Below are positions 1 to 10,055 of a DNA stretch of 64,000 nucleotides, one piece after another (the stretch's first letter is position 1; each line of letters begins with the position of its first letter). The stretch lies in assembly GCA_017934975.1 (NCBI GenBank), contig JAGBIM010000006.1:2311-66310 (forward strand). Reading direction: 5' to 3'. Made by a program: the position numbers and the translations under genes. A model generated the notes under the pieces. It saw nothing but the letters and a program-made list of their open reading frames with translations, made no database searches and was not told the DNA's origin. The DNA comes from Clostridia bacterium. Lineage in GTDB: Bacteria; Bacillota; Clostridia; Oscillospirales; UBA644.

Positions 1-14
1 AAGGAACAGTAATT

Positions 15-707
15 ATGCGTGCACGGAAAAAGAAAAACACCGTCCCCCGTTTGGAACGGGTCTCGGACTATTTCACCCCCACCGTCCCCTCGGGCGAGAA
101 GGAAATCCGCGTGGAGGTGGGCTGCGGCAAGGGAAAATTCATCACCGCCCTGGCCAAGGATCACCCGAACGTGAACTTTTACGCCCTGGAAAAGATCCCC
201 GACGTCATCGTGATGGCGGCGGAAAAAGCGGCGCGGGAAGAGCTCGGCAACGTGAAATTTCTGCTGGCCGACGCCAAGGATCTGACCGAGGGCATCGACG
301 TGAAATTCATGGGTCTGGACGAAAACCGCAAGCCCATTCTGGAAAAGGTCACCCACGAGGCCCTCTGCCCCTCCCACGCCGTTTCGGTTCTCTATCTCAA
401 CTTTTCCGACCCCCTGCCCAACGCCAAGCACGCACCCCGTCGCCTGACCCACGCGGGATTTTTGGCGAAATATCGGGAAATTTTAAAGGAAGACGGCCAC
501 GTCGAATTCAAGACCGACAACCGTCCCCTTTTTGAGTTTTCCGTGGAGCAGTTCCGGGAAAGCGGCTATGAAATCTACGATTATACGGAAGATCTGCACC
601 ACTCCCACATTCCCAACCCCTACCACACGGAATACGAGACCCGCTTCTCCGAAATGGGGATGCCCATCTATTCCCTGAAGGCCCGCCCGCCGAAGGAGGC
701 AAAATGA
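15..707 (+). CDS. trmB: tRNA (guanine-N7)-methyltransferase
   Basis: [12 protein letters not shown] motif, YLNFSDP, RRLTH, FKTDN and TEYETRF motifs. Confidence 0.95.
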   Translation: MRARKKKNTVPRLERVSDYFTPTVPSGEKEIRVEVGCGKGKFITALAKDHPNVNFYALEKIPDVIVMAAEKAAREELGNVKFLLADAKDLTEGIDVKFMGLDENRKPILEKVTHEALCPSHAVSVLYLNFSDPLPNAKHAPRRLTHAGFLAKYREILKEDGHVEFKTDNRPLFEFSVEQFRESGYEIYDYTEDLHHSHIPNPYHTEYETRFSEMGMPIYSLKARPPKEAK

Positions 708-1183
708 TGCACATCGGAGAAGGATACGACGTTCACCGCCTGGTGGAAGGCAGAAAATGCATCATCGGCGGCGTGGAGATTCCCCATGAAAAAGGGCTTT
801 TGGGCCATTCCGACGCGGACGTGCTGCTTCACGCGATCACCGACGCCATTCTGGGGGCCGCAGGGGAGGGGGACATCGGTCGCCGCTACCCCGACACCGA
901 CGAGAAATGGAAGGGCGCGGACAGTCTGGCTCTTCTGACCGAAACCGCCGCGTTTTTGGCTTCCAAGGGCTGGAAGACGGTCAACGTGGACGCCACCGTC
1001 ATCTGCCAGCGGCCGAAAATCACCCCCCACGCGGAGCAGATGCGGCAAAATATCGCCTCCGCTCTGGGCATTTCCGCCGATTGCGTCAATATCAAGGGTA
1101 AGACCGAGGAAGGGCTCGGCTTTACGGGGGAAGGTCTTGGAATCGCCGCCCGTGCCGTGGCTCTGATTGAAAAAGGAGAATAA
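704..1183 (+). CDS. ispF: 2-C-methyl-D-erythritol 2,4-cyclodiphosphate synthase
   Basis: [31 protein letters not shown]; ATGA overlap with trmB. Confidence 0.97.
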   Translation: MMHIGEGYDVHRLVEGRKCIIGGVEIPHEKGLLGHSDADVLLHAITDAILGAAGEGDIGRRYPDTDEKWKGADSLALLTETAAFLASKGWKTVNVDATVICQRPKITPHAEQMRQNIASALGISADCVNIKGKTEEGLGFTGEGLGIAARAVALIEKGE

Positions 1184-1186
1184 AAT

Positions 1187-2743
1187 ATGAAACTTATTTC
1201 CGCCGTTTTCCCCGTGGTTCCGGGGGATCCCGAACAAAACGTCAACGCCATGATTTCGGTCATGGAGGAGAATCCTGCCGACCTCTATCTGTTCCCCGCT
1301 TTGGCGGTGACGGGGGTCACCTGCGGCATGCAATTTGCCTATAAATCCTTCATCGAGGCCTCCGATCGGGCGCTGGATCGCCTCTGCGATTACACCGCCG
1401 AAAAGGGCGTGACCCTGGTCACCTCCGCCGATCAGATCGGCAATCTTTATATCAAAAAAGGGGAGCTTGGCCGCAAAAACGAGTTTGAGCTGGATGGGCG
1501 CACCGTGGTCATTTCCGCCGACGGAAGCGGGGAGGGGGATCTGATTCTTCTGCCCACCGCCATGGCGGGGTACCCCTGCCTTTCCGCCGACGTGACCGAG
1601 CTTTGCCAAAAGATCTCCGCGGCGAAAAACTGTCTGGTGGCCGTGGCCAATCCCGGCTTCGGCGAGGCGGTTTCCGACGGGGTTTATCAGGGCTTCTGCG
1701 GGGTTTACCGCAACGGCCGCACGGTGGATTTTGCCCTGCAATCCAACCCCGACGTGATCCTTTCGGTCTACGACGAGGCCAACCCCTCCGAGGGCTGGGA
1801 GTCCACCCGACGCCCCCACGCGGACCTGCGGATCCCCTATTACGGCAAGAACGATCCGAAGAAATATCTGGGCGAGCTGTTCCGTCTGCAGGTGCAGGCT
1901 CTCTATACGCGGATCAAATCCTCCAATATGCAATATGTTGCAATCAACGTTTCGGGAGGCTTGGATTCCACCCTGGCTTTGATGGTGGCTTACGAGGCTA
2001 TGAAGCTGGCGAAATTGCCTGCCGATCACCTCATCACCCTCACTCTTCCCTGCTTCGGAACGGGGAAGCGCACCTACACCAACGCCCACGTCCTGATGAA
2101 GGAAGTGGGAGCAACGGTCTATGAAATCGACATCAAGGACGCGGTGACTCAACACTTGATTTCCATTGGACACGACGGGAAAACCGCCGACGTGACCTAT
2201 GAAAACGCTCAGGCGCGCATGCGGACCCAGATCCTCTTCGATATGGCCAACCGTTATAACGCTCTGGTGGTGGGCACGGGGGATCTTTCCGAATTGGCGC
2301 TGGGCTTCTGCACCTTTGCGGGGGACACCTTGAGCCACTATAACGTGAACGCGTCCATCCCCAAAACCCTGATCAAGGATCTTGTCAATTTGTTGTCTAA
2401 ACGCTACGGCGGAGCCTTGGGAGAATCCCTGGCGGACGTGGCGGCCACGGACATTTCTCCCGAGTTGAAGGAGGCCCAGAAGACCGAGGATATTTTGGGG
2501 CCCTACCTGCTGCACGACTTCATTATTTATTATTATTCCAAGCATCGCCTGGAGCGGGACGAGCTGTTCCAGTACATGATGGCCACCTTCGACGAATACG
2601 ACGAGGAGACCATCGTCAAGACTCTGGACACCTTCTTCCGCCGCTTCTCCATCGCCCGCTTCAAGCGGAATTCCGCTGGGGAAGGGGCGCAGATTCTGGG
2701 CTTCCAACTGCCCTACGTGCCCACCGACGCCGTGATGCGTTGA
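1187..2743 (+). CDS. nadE: NAD+ synthetase with shortened, degenerate N-terminal nitrilase (glutaminase) domain
   Basis: SGGLDST, ENAQARMR, GTGDLSELALG, SPEL motifs; nitrilase-like N-terminus with FPALAVTG. Confidence 0.9.
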   Translation: MKLISAVFPVVPGDPEQNVNAMISVMEENPADLYLFPALAVTGVTCGMQFAYKSFIEASDRALDRLCDYTAEKGVTLVTSADQIGNLYIKKGELGRKNEFELDGRTVVISADGSGEGDLILLPTAMAGYPCLSADVTELCQKISAAKNCLVAVANPGFGEAVSDGVYQGFCGVYRNGRTVDFALQSNPDVILSVYDEANPSEGWESTRRPHADLRIPYYGKNDPKKYLGELFRLQVQALYTRIKSSNMQYVAINVSGGLDSTLALMVAYEAMKLAKLPADHLITLTLPCFGTGKRTYTNAHVLMKEVGATVYEIDIKDAVTQHLISIGHDGKTADVTYENAQARMRTQILFDMANRYNALVVGTGDLSELALGFCTFAGDTLSHYNVNASIPKTLIKDLVNLLSKRYGGALGESLADVAATDISPELKEAQKTEDILGPYLLHDFIIYYYSKHRLERDELFQYMMATFDEYDEETIVKTLDTFFRRFSIARFKRNSAGEGAQILGFQLPYVPTDAVMR

Positions 2744-2755
2744 GGGGACGGAAGT

Positions 2756-3410
2756 GTTCTTCTTTTTCTTTTCCCGAGAAAAGAAAAAGAAGAACCAAGA
2801 AAAAGAAAAGCGTGCTCCGACGGATTCCATCCGTCGGGGGGTTCGAAAAAAACTGAATTTGCGGCTTCCCTGTAAATTCAACTTTACTCTCCCGTTCCTC
2901 TTGAACGATGTGAAAGAAATGAGCGATGCGCAAGGGTAAGCCTCCCCTGTGTAAGGGGAGGGGGACCGCGAAGCGGTGGAAGGGTTGTTCGGGTCATAAA
3001 GTAACATTTTCCGTGTCAATCCCCTCAGTCATCTGTGATGACAGCTCCCCTTACTAAGGGGAGCCATGCCGATGTGCCGTGCCTTGCGTTTGTTCCCCTT
3101 TCCGAGAGAACCTCTCTGTGAAATTAGGTTCGGCGTACCGTGCACCCGAGTTTGCCGTCCACTTTCCCGCCATGGGAAAGGGGAAGGGGGACCGCCGCGT
3201 CGCCGTAGTGCGGCGTGGGGGTGGAAGGGGTTTTTGCACGTCTCTTGAACGGTGGGCAATCGGCAAGCGCTGCGCTGACGTATGCCTCCCCTTGCTAAGG
3301 GGGACTTGACGATGTGCCGCGCCTCTTATCACCCTCCTCGCCGCAAGAATTGCGGCGCCATAACGCTTTTCTTTGGTTCTTTTTTTTCTCGTGAAAAAAA
3401 GTGAGACCCG
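2756..3410. repeat. mosaic intergenic repeat cluster (triplex-type module, CCGACGGA palindrome, G-rich CCCCT/AGGGG modules)
   Basis: Modules recur at 7.1, 11.3-11.7, 21.4-21.9, 24.1-24.7 and 27.5-28.0 kb; about 2940-3190 resembles about 11430-11705. Confidence 0.85.
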
Positions 3411-3592
3411 AAAAATGCAAGCCGAAGGCGAAGATTTTTCGATGGTCGATACTTTTGCAGTAGCTGAAAGAACACCGCTTCCTTGCCCCCTCGAATCCCG
3501 TCGAATCAACCTTATTATATAGCGAATTTTCCCATATCTGCAAAATCCCTGCGACAAATTTGTTACGAGAAATTGAAAATCGCAAAAACCTC

Positions 3593-3621
3593 TTGAAAAA
3601 CAGCCCCCATTATGCTATAAT
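3593..3621 (+). promoter_or_regulatory. sigmaA-type promoter
   Basis: TTGAAA-17 nt-TATAAT with extended -10 TG, upstream of the GGAG RBS of CDS 3674. Confidence 0.7.
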
Positions 3622-3673
3622 TATACCATAATAATGCGGCTCTGTCGCCGCAAATAAAAAAAGGAGAGATACC

Positions 3674-6600
3674 ATGAAAAAGACACTCGCGATCCTCATT
3701 TCTGCGATCCTTGTTGTCGCTGCGGTTTGTGCGTTCACCCTCACCTCCGGTGCGGCTGCTGCGCCTTCCGTAACCGTGTACGTTGACGGCGGAGCCGCCA
3801 CCGAACTCAATGCGACCACAACGACCGTAACGCATGCAGGAACCGGTACGTTCGCTTTTGACGCTGCAACCGGTACCCTGACCCTCAACAACTTCAACGG
3901 CAACCTCCGTGTTTTGAACAAAACCGGCGACTTGACCGTGAAGCTCGTCGGCACCAACGTTATTAACACCGGTACTGCCGGCAACGTCTTCGTGATCAAC
4001 AACACCGCTGAAGGTGCTGCTACGAAGATCACCTTCACCGGCGCTGCCGCTACGGACACCCTGACGGTTAAGTCCACCGGCGATTTCCTGTTCAACTTGA
4101 GCGGTAAGGGTGAAATGGTCTTCAAAGACAAGGCCAATGTCACTATCGAATCCATCAAAGACCCCATCCACTTTGCTGGTGCTTGTGTGGGCGGCGGTCT
4201 TCGTATGCAGAACGACGCCAGCCTGTACGTGAACTTCACCGGTACCGGCACCCGCGTTATCGGTTGCAACAACGATGCCAACGCTACCCTCTGGATGGAA
4301 GGCGGTACCATTAAGGTAGACGCTCTCTCCGTGGGCAGCTGGGGTGTTGGACTGGATGTCCACAACCTGGAAATGACCGCCGGTAAGATCGATCTCAACG
4401 TCAAGACCACCGGCCAGGCCGTTGTCGGTCTGCGTGTTGGCGCAGCCGCTGACGGCAAGCCCGCTTCCGGCAAGGGTATCGGTAACTTCGAGGGCGGTAC
4501 CGTTGAAATCGACGTGGAATCTACCCACACTCCCACCGCTGTTTGGAATGGCGGCGCCCGTGTGTACGGTATTTTCCTGCTCCGCGCCGATGCCCTGAAC
4601 TTTGACGGCACCACCGTCACCATCAACGGCAAGATGAACAAGCACGCCGATGCCAACACCGCTTACTGGACCGGCTCCGGCAACCTGATCGGTTCTCAGT
4701 ATTCCAAGAGCATCAACGTCAACGCCGGTACCATCACGCTGAACGGCGCTAACTCCGACGGCGCTTTCGGTATGGAACAGTACGCTGCCGGCCAGGGCGA
4801 CCTGAACCTCAACGGCGGTACCATTAAGGGTACGGCTCAGACCCTCATCCGTATGTGGGGTACCAACAACAACGTTGTTGACTTCGATCCCGATAAGGTT
4901 GACATCTCCGGCTTCACCTGGACCGAACGTATGGTCGGTCTCGGCGCCGGTAAGGCCAATCCCGAAGACAGCGCATCCTTCGGCAACACCATGCTGGGCT
5001 ACAAGAAGTACCCCCTGGCTGCCAAGGTTACCATTACCTCCGCTTCCGGCGCTACCTACGTTCTGAACTCTGCTGATACCAAACTGCCCGCCGCTGCTCT
5101 GACCGATCTCGGTTGCGCTGCCGACGCAGTTTCCTTCGAATTCTACAACAAGACCTACAAGGCTCCCGTTCTGACCCTGAACGGAACCACCGATAAGTTC
5201 GCCAAGATTGACGTCGGCGGCGCTTGCGTCATCGAAGTCAAGGGTGCGAACGTGGTGACCGATCCCGCTGTCAACGGCGGCACCAAGGTTACCAACCAGT
5301 TCGAACTGAGAGGTCCCGCCCTGTTCGTGGGTGTCGGTACCAATCCCACCGTCACCGTGAACGGTTCTTCCGTCGGCGGCTACAACGTCTGTGTCCGTCG
5401 TTACTTTGAAGTCAAAGACGTGAACTTCACCATCAACTCTGAAAACGGCGACGCAATCCACATGGCTCGCCTCGGCTACACCAATACCAACGAAGCAGAT
5501 CCCAACGAATTCGTTCTGACCGGCAAGACCGTGATGAACGTCAACGCTTACGGCAACGGTATGCGTAACGTGGGCGGTAACCAGATCTTCACCATGAAGG
5601 ACGATGCCAAGTTGACCATTAAGCCTGTCGCAAAGCGCGGCGGTGTTGATAACACCGTTCTCGGCAACGGCTTCCAATTGATTGCGGACCGTGACGACGG
5701 TACCGGTACCATGTACCTCACCATGACCCTCTCCGACAACGCCGAACTCAAGATTGAAGGCAAGGGCGTGGAATGCACCCGTCTTAACGTTGCCCGCTAT
5801 GCCGATACCGACGCTGACACCAAGAAACAACTTCAGTCTACCACCAAGGTTATCACCACCTTCACCCTCGAAGACAACTCCAAGTTCGACGTGGAAGGCA
5901 ACGGCCAGGCTCTGTACTTCGCCGTCGGCGGCACCGGATCCGTTACCAACTTCGTCGTGAAGGACAACGCTTCCTTCAAGGCTCTCGCCAACGACAGACC
6001 CGAAACCCATCTGGAACACAACATCGGTAACTATCAGTCCGCGGTTCAGTTCAACGCACTCAAGGTTGACATGGACATTCTGGGCGGCACCTTCTCTGCA
6101 GAAGGCGAACGTATCGGTTGGACTCACGGCGCCCTCGCTTTCCAGGGTTCTACCGATATCGACATCTTCGTAAAGGATGCGAAGTTTGACGTAGTCAGCC
6201 GCAACAACACCAAGGCTGAATATCTCAAGACCCCCAACGACACCACTCCCACCAAGGTGAACAACAACCACATCAACAACGCCATCATCATGCCCGAAGG
6301 CGCGAAGACCGCGACGATCACCTTCGCAGGAAAGGCCGTTGCAAACCTGTCTGCCACCAACGACACCCAGGATAACCGCGGTCACGCTCTGTGGCTCCAG
6401 GACGGTCAGAAGCTGATCGTTCAGGACGAAGCGGTTGTGAACGCCACCGCCGGCGGTACCGCTAAGGCCAACACCGCTGCCGGTATCCATTCCAAGGGCG
6501 GCGACATCCTGGTTAAGGATAAGGCTACGCTGAACGCTTCCGTCACCGGTACGGGCACTGCTGCTCTGACCCTTGAGAAAGACGCTACCCTCACCGTTCA

Positions 6601-6997
6601 GGGCGACGCTAAGGTCAATCTGGACGGCGGCAAGACCGGTGTCGGCGCTCGGAACTACAACGCTTCCTCTGCCGGTTCCATCACCGTGAAGGACAACGCC
6701 GTTCTGATCGCAACCGGTAAGACTGCTATCTCTGATGCAGGCAAGAAGGTTGCCATCTCCGCGAAGACCATCGACGCCGGTGCTGATGCCAAGACTGCGG
6801 AAATCGACGTAGACGCTCCCACCTTCAAGGAAGGCTACATCAAGTTGTACGCAGGCTCCGCTACTCAGGGCGGACAGCAGGGTGGCTCCACCACCAACCC
6901 CGGCACTTCCGACGTGAACGTAGCTCTCTTCGCAGTGGTTGCTCTTGCGACCGTTGCCGTTGCTGCAGCTGTTGTTCTCCGTAAGAAGAGCATCTGA
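3674..6997 (+). CDS. secreted, sortase-anchored beta-helix-type surface protein (Cthe_2159-like carbohydrate-binding)
   Basis: Signal peptide; Gly/Thr/Asn-rich beta-strand repeats (TLTLNN, GGTI, LTVxD); C-terminal NPGTS, hydrophobic helix and RKKSI tail. Confidence 0.75.
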   Translation: MKKTLAILISAILVVAAVCAFTLTSGAAAAPSVTVYVDGGAATELNATTTTVTHAGTGTFAFDAATGTLTLNNFNGNLRVLNKTGDLTVKLVGTNVINTGTAGNVFVINNTAEGAATKITFTGAAATDTLTVKSTGDFLFNLSGKGEMVFKDKANVTIESIKDPIHFAGACVGGGLRMQNDASLYVNFTGTGTRVIGCNNDANATLWMEGGTIKVDALSVGSWGVGLDVHNLEMTAGKIDLNVKTTGQAVVGLRVGAAADGKPASGKGIGNFEGGTVEIDVESTHTPTAVWNGGARVYGIFLLRADALNFDGTTVTINGKMNKHADANTAYWTGSGNLIGSQYSKSINVNAGTITLNGANSDGAFGMEQYAAGQGDLNLNGGTIKGTAQTLIRMWGTNNNVVDFDPDKVDISGFTWTERMVGLGAGKANPEDSASFGNTMLGYKKYPLAAKVTITSASGATYVLNSADTKLPAAALTDLGCAADAVSFEFYNKTYKAPVLTLNGTTDKFAKIDVGGACVIEVKGANVVTDPAVNGGTKVTNQFELRGPALFVGVGTNPTVTVNGSSVGGYNVCVRRYFEVKDVNFTINSENGDAIHMARLGYTNTNEADPNEFVLTGKTVMNVNAYGNGMRNVGGNQIFTMKDDAKLTIKPVAKRGGVDNTVLGNGFQLIADRDDGTGTMYLTMTLSDNAELKIEGKGVECTRLNVARYADTDADTKKQLQSTTKVITTFTLEDNSKFDVEGNGQALYFAVGGTGSVTNFVVKDNASFKALANDRPETHLEHNIGNYQSAVQFNALKVDMDILGGTFSAEGERIGWTHGALAFQGSTDIDIFVKDAKFDVVSRNNTKAEYLKTPNDTTPTKVNNNHINNAIIMPEGAKTATITFAGKAVANLSATNDTQDNRGHALWLQDGQKLIVQDEAVVNATAGGTAKANTAAGIHSKGGDILVKDKATLNASVTGTGTAALTLEKDATLTVQGDAKVNLDGGKTGVGARNYNASSAGSITVKDNAVLIATGKTAISDAGKKVAISAKTIDAGADAKTAEIDVDAPTFKEGYIKLYAGSATQGGQQGGSTTNPGTSDVNVALFAVVALATVAVAAAVVLRKKSI

Positions 6998-7023
6998 GTA
7001 ATCTCTCCTGATTAACGCAATTT

Positions 7024-7053
7024 GGGCCCACGGGTTTTCCCGTGGGCCCTTTT
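7024..7053 (+). terminator. rho-independent terminator
   Basis: GGGCCCACGGG-TTTT-CCCGTGGGCCC followed by TTTT. Confidence 0.8.
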
Positions 7054-7071
7054 GTATGCGTTGGGGGGGGT

Positions 7072-7479
7072 GTTCTTTTTCTTTTTTCACGAGAAAAAAG
7101 AAAAAGAACCAAAAAGAAAAAAGCGTGATCCGACGGATTCCATCCGTCGGGGGGAAGATAAATTATAAAGTGCAAGACCGAGAGGAGGTTTCTTCTCGGT
7201 CCTTTTTGCGGACGGGGGGGTGTACTTCTCTTTCCTTTCGGGAAAGGAAAGAGAAGTACCAAGAGAAAGGAAAGCGTGATCCGACGGATTCCATCCGTCG
7301 GGGGAAAGGGAATGTTTTGTTGCAAGACCGAGAGGAGTTTCTTCTCGGTCTTTTCTCTTGAACGGTGCGAAAGAAGTGGGCGATGCACAAACGCAAGCTC
7401 CCCCTTTTTCCGTTGCAAGGATTGCAACGGACTTCGCTTTTCTTTTGGTTCTTTTCTTTTCACGAGAAAAGAAAAGAAC
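7072..7479. repeat. two ~151-bp repeat units plus one inverted triplex-type module
   Basis: CCGACGGA-N5-TCCGTCGG at 7130 and 7281; Y/R/mirror-R modules at 7072, 7222 and (minus strand) 7437-7479. Confidence 0.9.
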
Positions 7480-7491
7480 ACTCTCCCCGTT

Positions 7492-8550
7492 TCACCGCTT
7501 TTTGAGATATTTCCGCATGTCGATGGCGCAGGCAAGGAGGATAATCAGCCCCTTGATCACGTACTGCAGGTTGGCGTCGATGCTCAAGAAGGTCAGCCCC
7601 ACGAAGATGATCCGCAGCAGCACCACGCCCAAAATCACTCCGCGGATCTTTCCGATGCCGCCCACGAAGGACACGCCCCCGATGACGCATGCGGCGATGG
7701 CGTCCAGCTCGTAGTTCAGCCCCGTGGCGGCGGAGTTGGAGCCGATGCGGGCCGCTTCGATGAAGCCCGTCACCCCGTACAGAACCCCTGCCAGCACGAA
7801 AACTCCGATGATGGTGGCGGTCACGTTCACCCCCGACACCCGCGCCGCCTCCTCGTTGGAGCCCACGGCAAACATGTTTTTCCCGAAAACCGTTTTATTC
7901 CACACGAACCAGATCACCGCCGTAATGGCGATGGAATAAAAAACGTAATTGGGGATGGCCGTGCCTCCGATTTTCAGAAAACTCCCCGTGATCCATTGGG
8001 TATAGGAAGGGTCCAGCCCCGACAGGGATTGGCCGTTGTTGTTCCCGTTCATCAGATACATCAGCAGGATGCCGAACAAGATCAGCTGGGTTGCCAGGGT
8101 GACGATGAAGGGGTGGAGGCGGAACTTTGCCACGCAAAATCCGTTCACCAGCCCGATCAGCCCCCCGATGGCCAGAGCGATGAGCAGGACCACGGGCAGG
8201 GGCAACACCCCCAGGGAGGGGAACATTTTGTTGGGGTAGCCCGCCATTTGCAGGAGGGAGGCGGACACGCAGGCGATGAGCCCCACCGCCCGTCCCGCCG
8301 AAAGGTCGGTTCCCGACAGAATGATGGCCCCCGCGATGCCCAGGGCCAGAGGCAGATTGGCCGCCGAAAGGGACAGAATGTTCACGATGGAGGCGGTGGA
8401 AAGGAAGCGGGGATCGTAGATGACGATGCCAACGATGGCGGCGATGAGAAAGAAATAGAGGGAATTGTTGATGAAAAATTCTTTGCGGCGCAACGTTTTT
8501 TGTTCGGGGGTCATTTCGTCGCGTTGCCGCGTGCGGGTCATGGATTTCAT
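7492..8550 (-). CDS. mglC: galactoside ABC transporter permease
   Basis: GTDLSAGR, NYELDAIAACVIGGVSFVGG; multiple transmembrane helices. Confidence 0.9.
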   Translation of the reverse strand: MKSMTRTRQRDEMTPEQKTLRRKEFFINNSLYFFLIAAIVGIVIYDPRFLSTASIVNILSLSAANLPLALGIAGAIILSGTDLSAGRAVGLIACVSASLLQMAGYPNKMFPSLGVLPLPVVLLIALAIGGLIGLVNGFCVAKFRLHPFIVTLATQLILFGILLMYLMNGNNNGQSLSGLDPSYTQWITGSFLKIGGTAIPNYVFYSIAITAVIWFVWNKTVFGKNMFAVGSNEEAARVSGVNVTATIIGVFVLAGVLYGVTGFIEAARIGSNSAATGLNYELDAIAACVIGGVSFVGGIGKIRGVILGVVLLRIIFVGLTFLSIDANLQYVIKGLIILLACAIDMRKYLKKR

Positions 8551-8563
8551 GGGTTCTCCTTTG

Positions 8564-10054
8564 TTACACGAATTTGGCCGCGAGGCTCATGATCTCTTCC
8601 TGGGTGGTTTCGTCCGCTTGGACGATCCCCGCCGCCCGCCCTGCGGACAGCACCAGGATTCGGTGGCAGACCCCCAACAGCTCGGGCATTTCCCCCGAAA
8701 CGAGGATCACGCCCCGCCCTTGCTTGGCCAGATCGGCTATAATTTTGTAAATTTCGTATTTCGCCCCCACGTCGATGCCGCGGGTGGGCTCGTCCAGAAG
8801 CAGGATCTTCGGATTGGTCAGAAGCCACCGTCCCAGAATCACCTTTTGCTGATTTCCCCCCGAAAGCACGCGGATGGGGGTATGGCGGGAGGGGGTTTTG
8901 ACTTTCAGGGATTGCACCACCGAATCCACGTCCCGTTTCATGGCCTTTTCCTGCAGAAATCCGAATTTTCGGTAGGCGGAAAGGCGGGAAACGACGGTGT
9001 TTTCCTGCACGCTTCGCCCCGGGAAGATCCCCGTGGCGCGGCGCTCCTCCGTCAGGAGGGCAAAGCCGTTGCGAATGGCGGCTCGCGGGGAGGAATTGCG
9101 GATTTCCCGCCCCTCCAGCGTGACCGTTCCTCTTTCCTTGGCGGCAAGTCCGAAGAGCAGCTCCAACAGCTCCGTCCGTCCCGCGCCGTCCAGCCCCGCC
9201 ACCCCCAAAACCTCCCCCTTCCGCAGATCGAAGGAGACCTCCCGCAGGGGAGCGTAGCGCCCCGTAAGGTCCCGCACCGAGAGCAGATTTTCTTGGGTTG
9301 CGGGGGCTTTTTCGGGAAAGCGTTGGGTCAACTCCCGCCCCACCATCAGACGGATGATCTCTTCCATCGTCAACTCCGCCGCAGGGCGGGTGGCCACGGT
9401 TTTGCCGTCCCGCATCACCGTCACCTCGTCGGAGATTCGCAGAATTTCTTCCATTTTATGGGAAATATACACGATGCCGCACCCCTTGTCCCGCAGAGTC
9501 TTGATGATGCGGAACAACCCCTCCGTTTCCTGCTCCGTCAAGGACGAGGTGGGCTCGTCGAAGACGATGATCTTCGCATCGTAGGACACGGCCTTGGCAA
9601 TTTCGATCATTTGGCGGCGGGACACGGACAGGGTCCCTGCCACGGCGTCGGGATTCTGGGAAAAGCCCAAGGATTCGAAAAGGTCCAGGGTGTCCTTCCG
9701 CATTTTCCCCTTGCGCACCACGCCAACCCGGGCGGGATAGCGCCCCAGCCACAGATTGTCCGCCACCGTGCGGGAGAGGGCCTGGTTCAACTCCTGATGC
9801 ACCATGGCGACCCCCTGCTCCAGCGCCTCCTTGGAGGAGGCAAATTCCACGGGGCGCCCCTCCAGAAAAATCTCGCCCTTGTCTTTTGCGTAGATGCCGA
9901 AGAGACACTTCATCAGGGTGGATTTCCCCGCGCCGTTTTCCCCCATCAGCGCGTGAACCGTCCCCCGTTTTACCGTCAGGTTTGCGTTGTCCAGCGCCTT
10001 CACCCCGGGGAAGGATTTGCAGATTCCCCGCATCTGAAGCAGAATTTCTTCCAT
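8564..10054 (-). CDS. mglA: sugar ABC transporter ATP-binding protein (two ATPase domains)
   Basis: GENGAGKST, FDEPTSSL, LSGGNQQKV, LDEPTRGIDVGAK. Confidence 0.9.
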   Translation of the reverse strand: MEEILLQMRGICKSFPGVKALDNANLTVKRGTVHALMGENGAGKSTLMKCLFGIYAKDKGEIFLEGRPVEFASSKEALEQGVAMVHQELNQALSRTVADNLWLGRYPARVGVVRKGKMRKDTLDLFESLGFSQNPDAVAGTLSVSRRQMIEIAKAVSYDAKIIVFDEPTSSLTEQETEGLFRIIKTLRDKGCGIVYISHKMEEILRISDEVTVMRDGKTVATRPAAELTMEEIIRLMVGRELTQRFPEKAPATQENLLSVRDLTGRYAPLREVSFDLRKGEVLGVAGLDGAGRTELLELLFGLAAKERGTVTLEGREIRNSSPRAAIRNGFALLTEERRATGIFPGRSVQENTVVSRLSAYRKFGFLQEKAMKRDVDSVVQSLKVKTPSRHTPIRVLSGGNQQKVILGRWLLTNPKILLLDEPTRGIDVGAKYEIYKIIADLAKQGRGVILVSGEMPELLGVCHRILVLSAGRAAGIVQADETTQEEIMSLAAKFV

Positions 10055-10055
10055 A

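Noticed and set aside
280-370. ~20-aa insertion in TrmB as an intein or novel domain
   Set aside because: Too short and lacks splicing motifs; probably a surface loop
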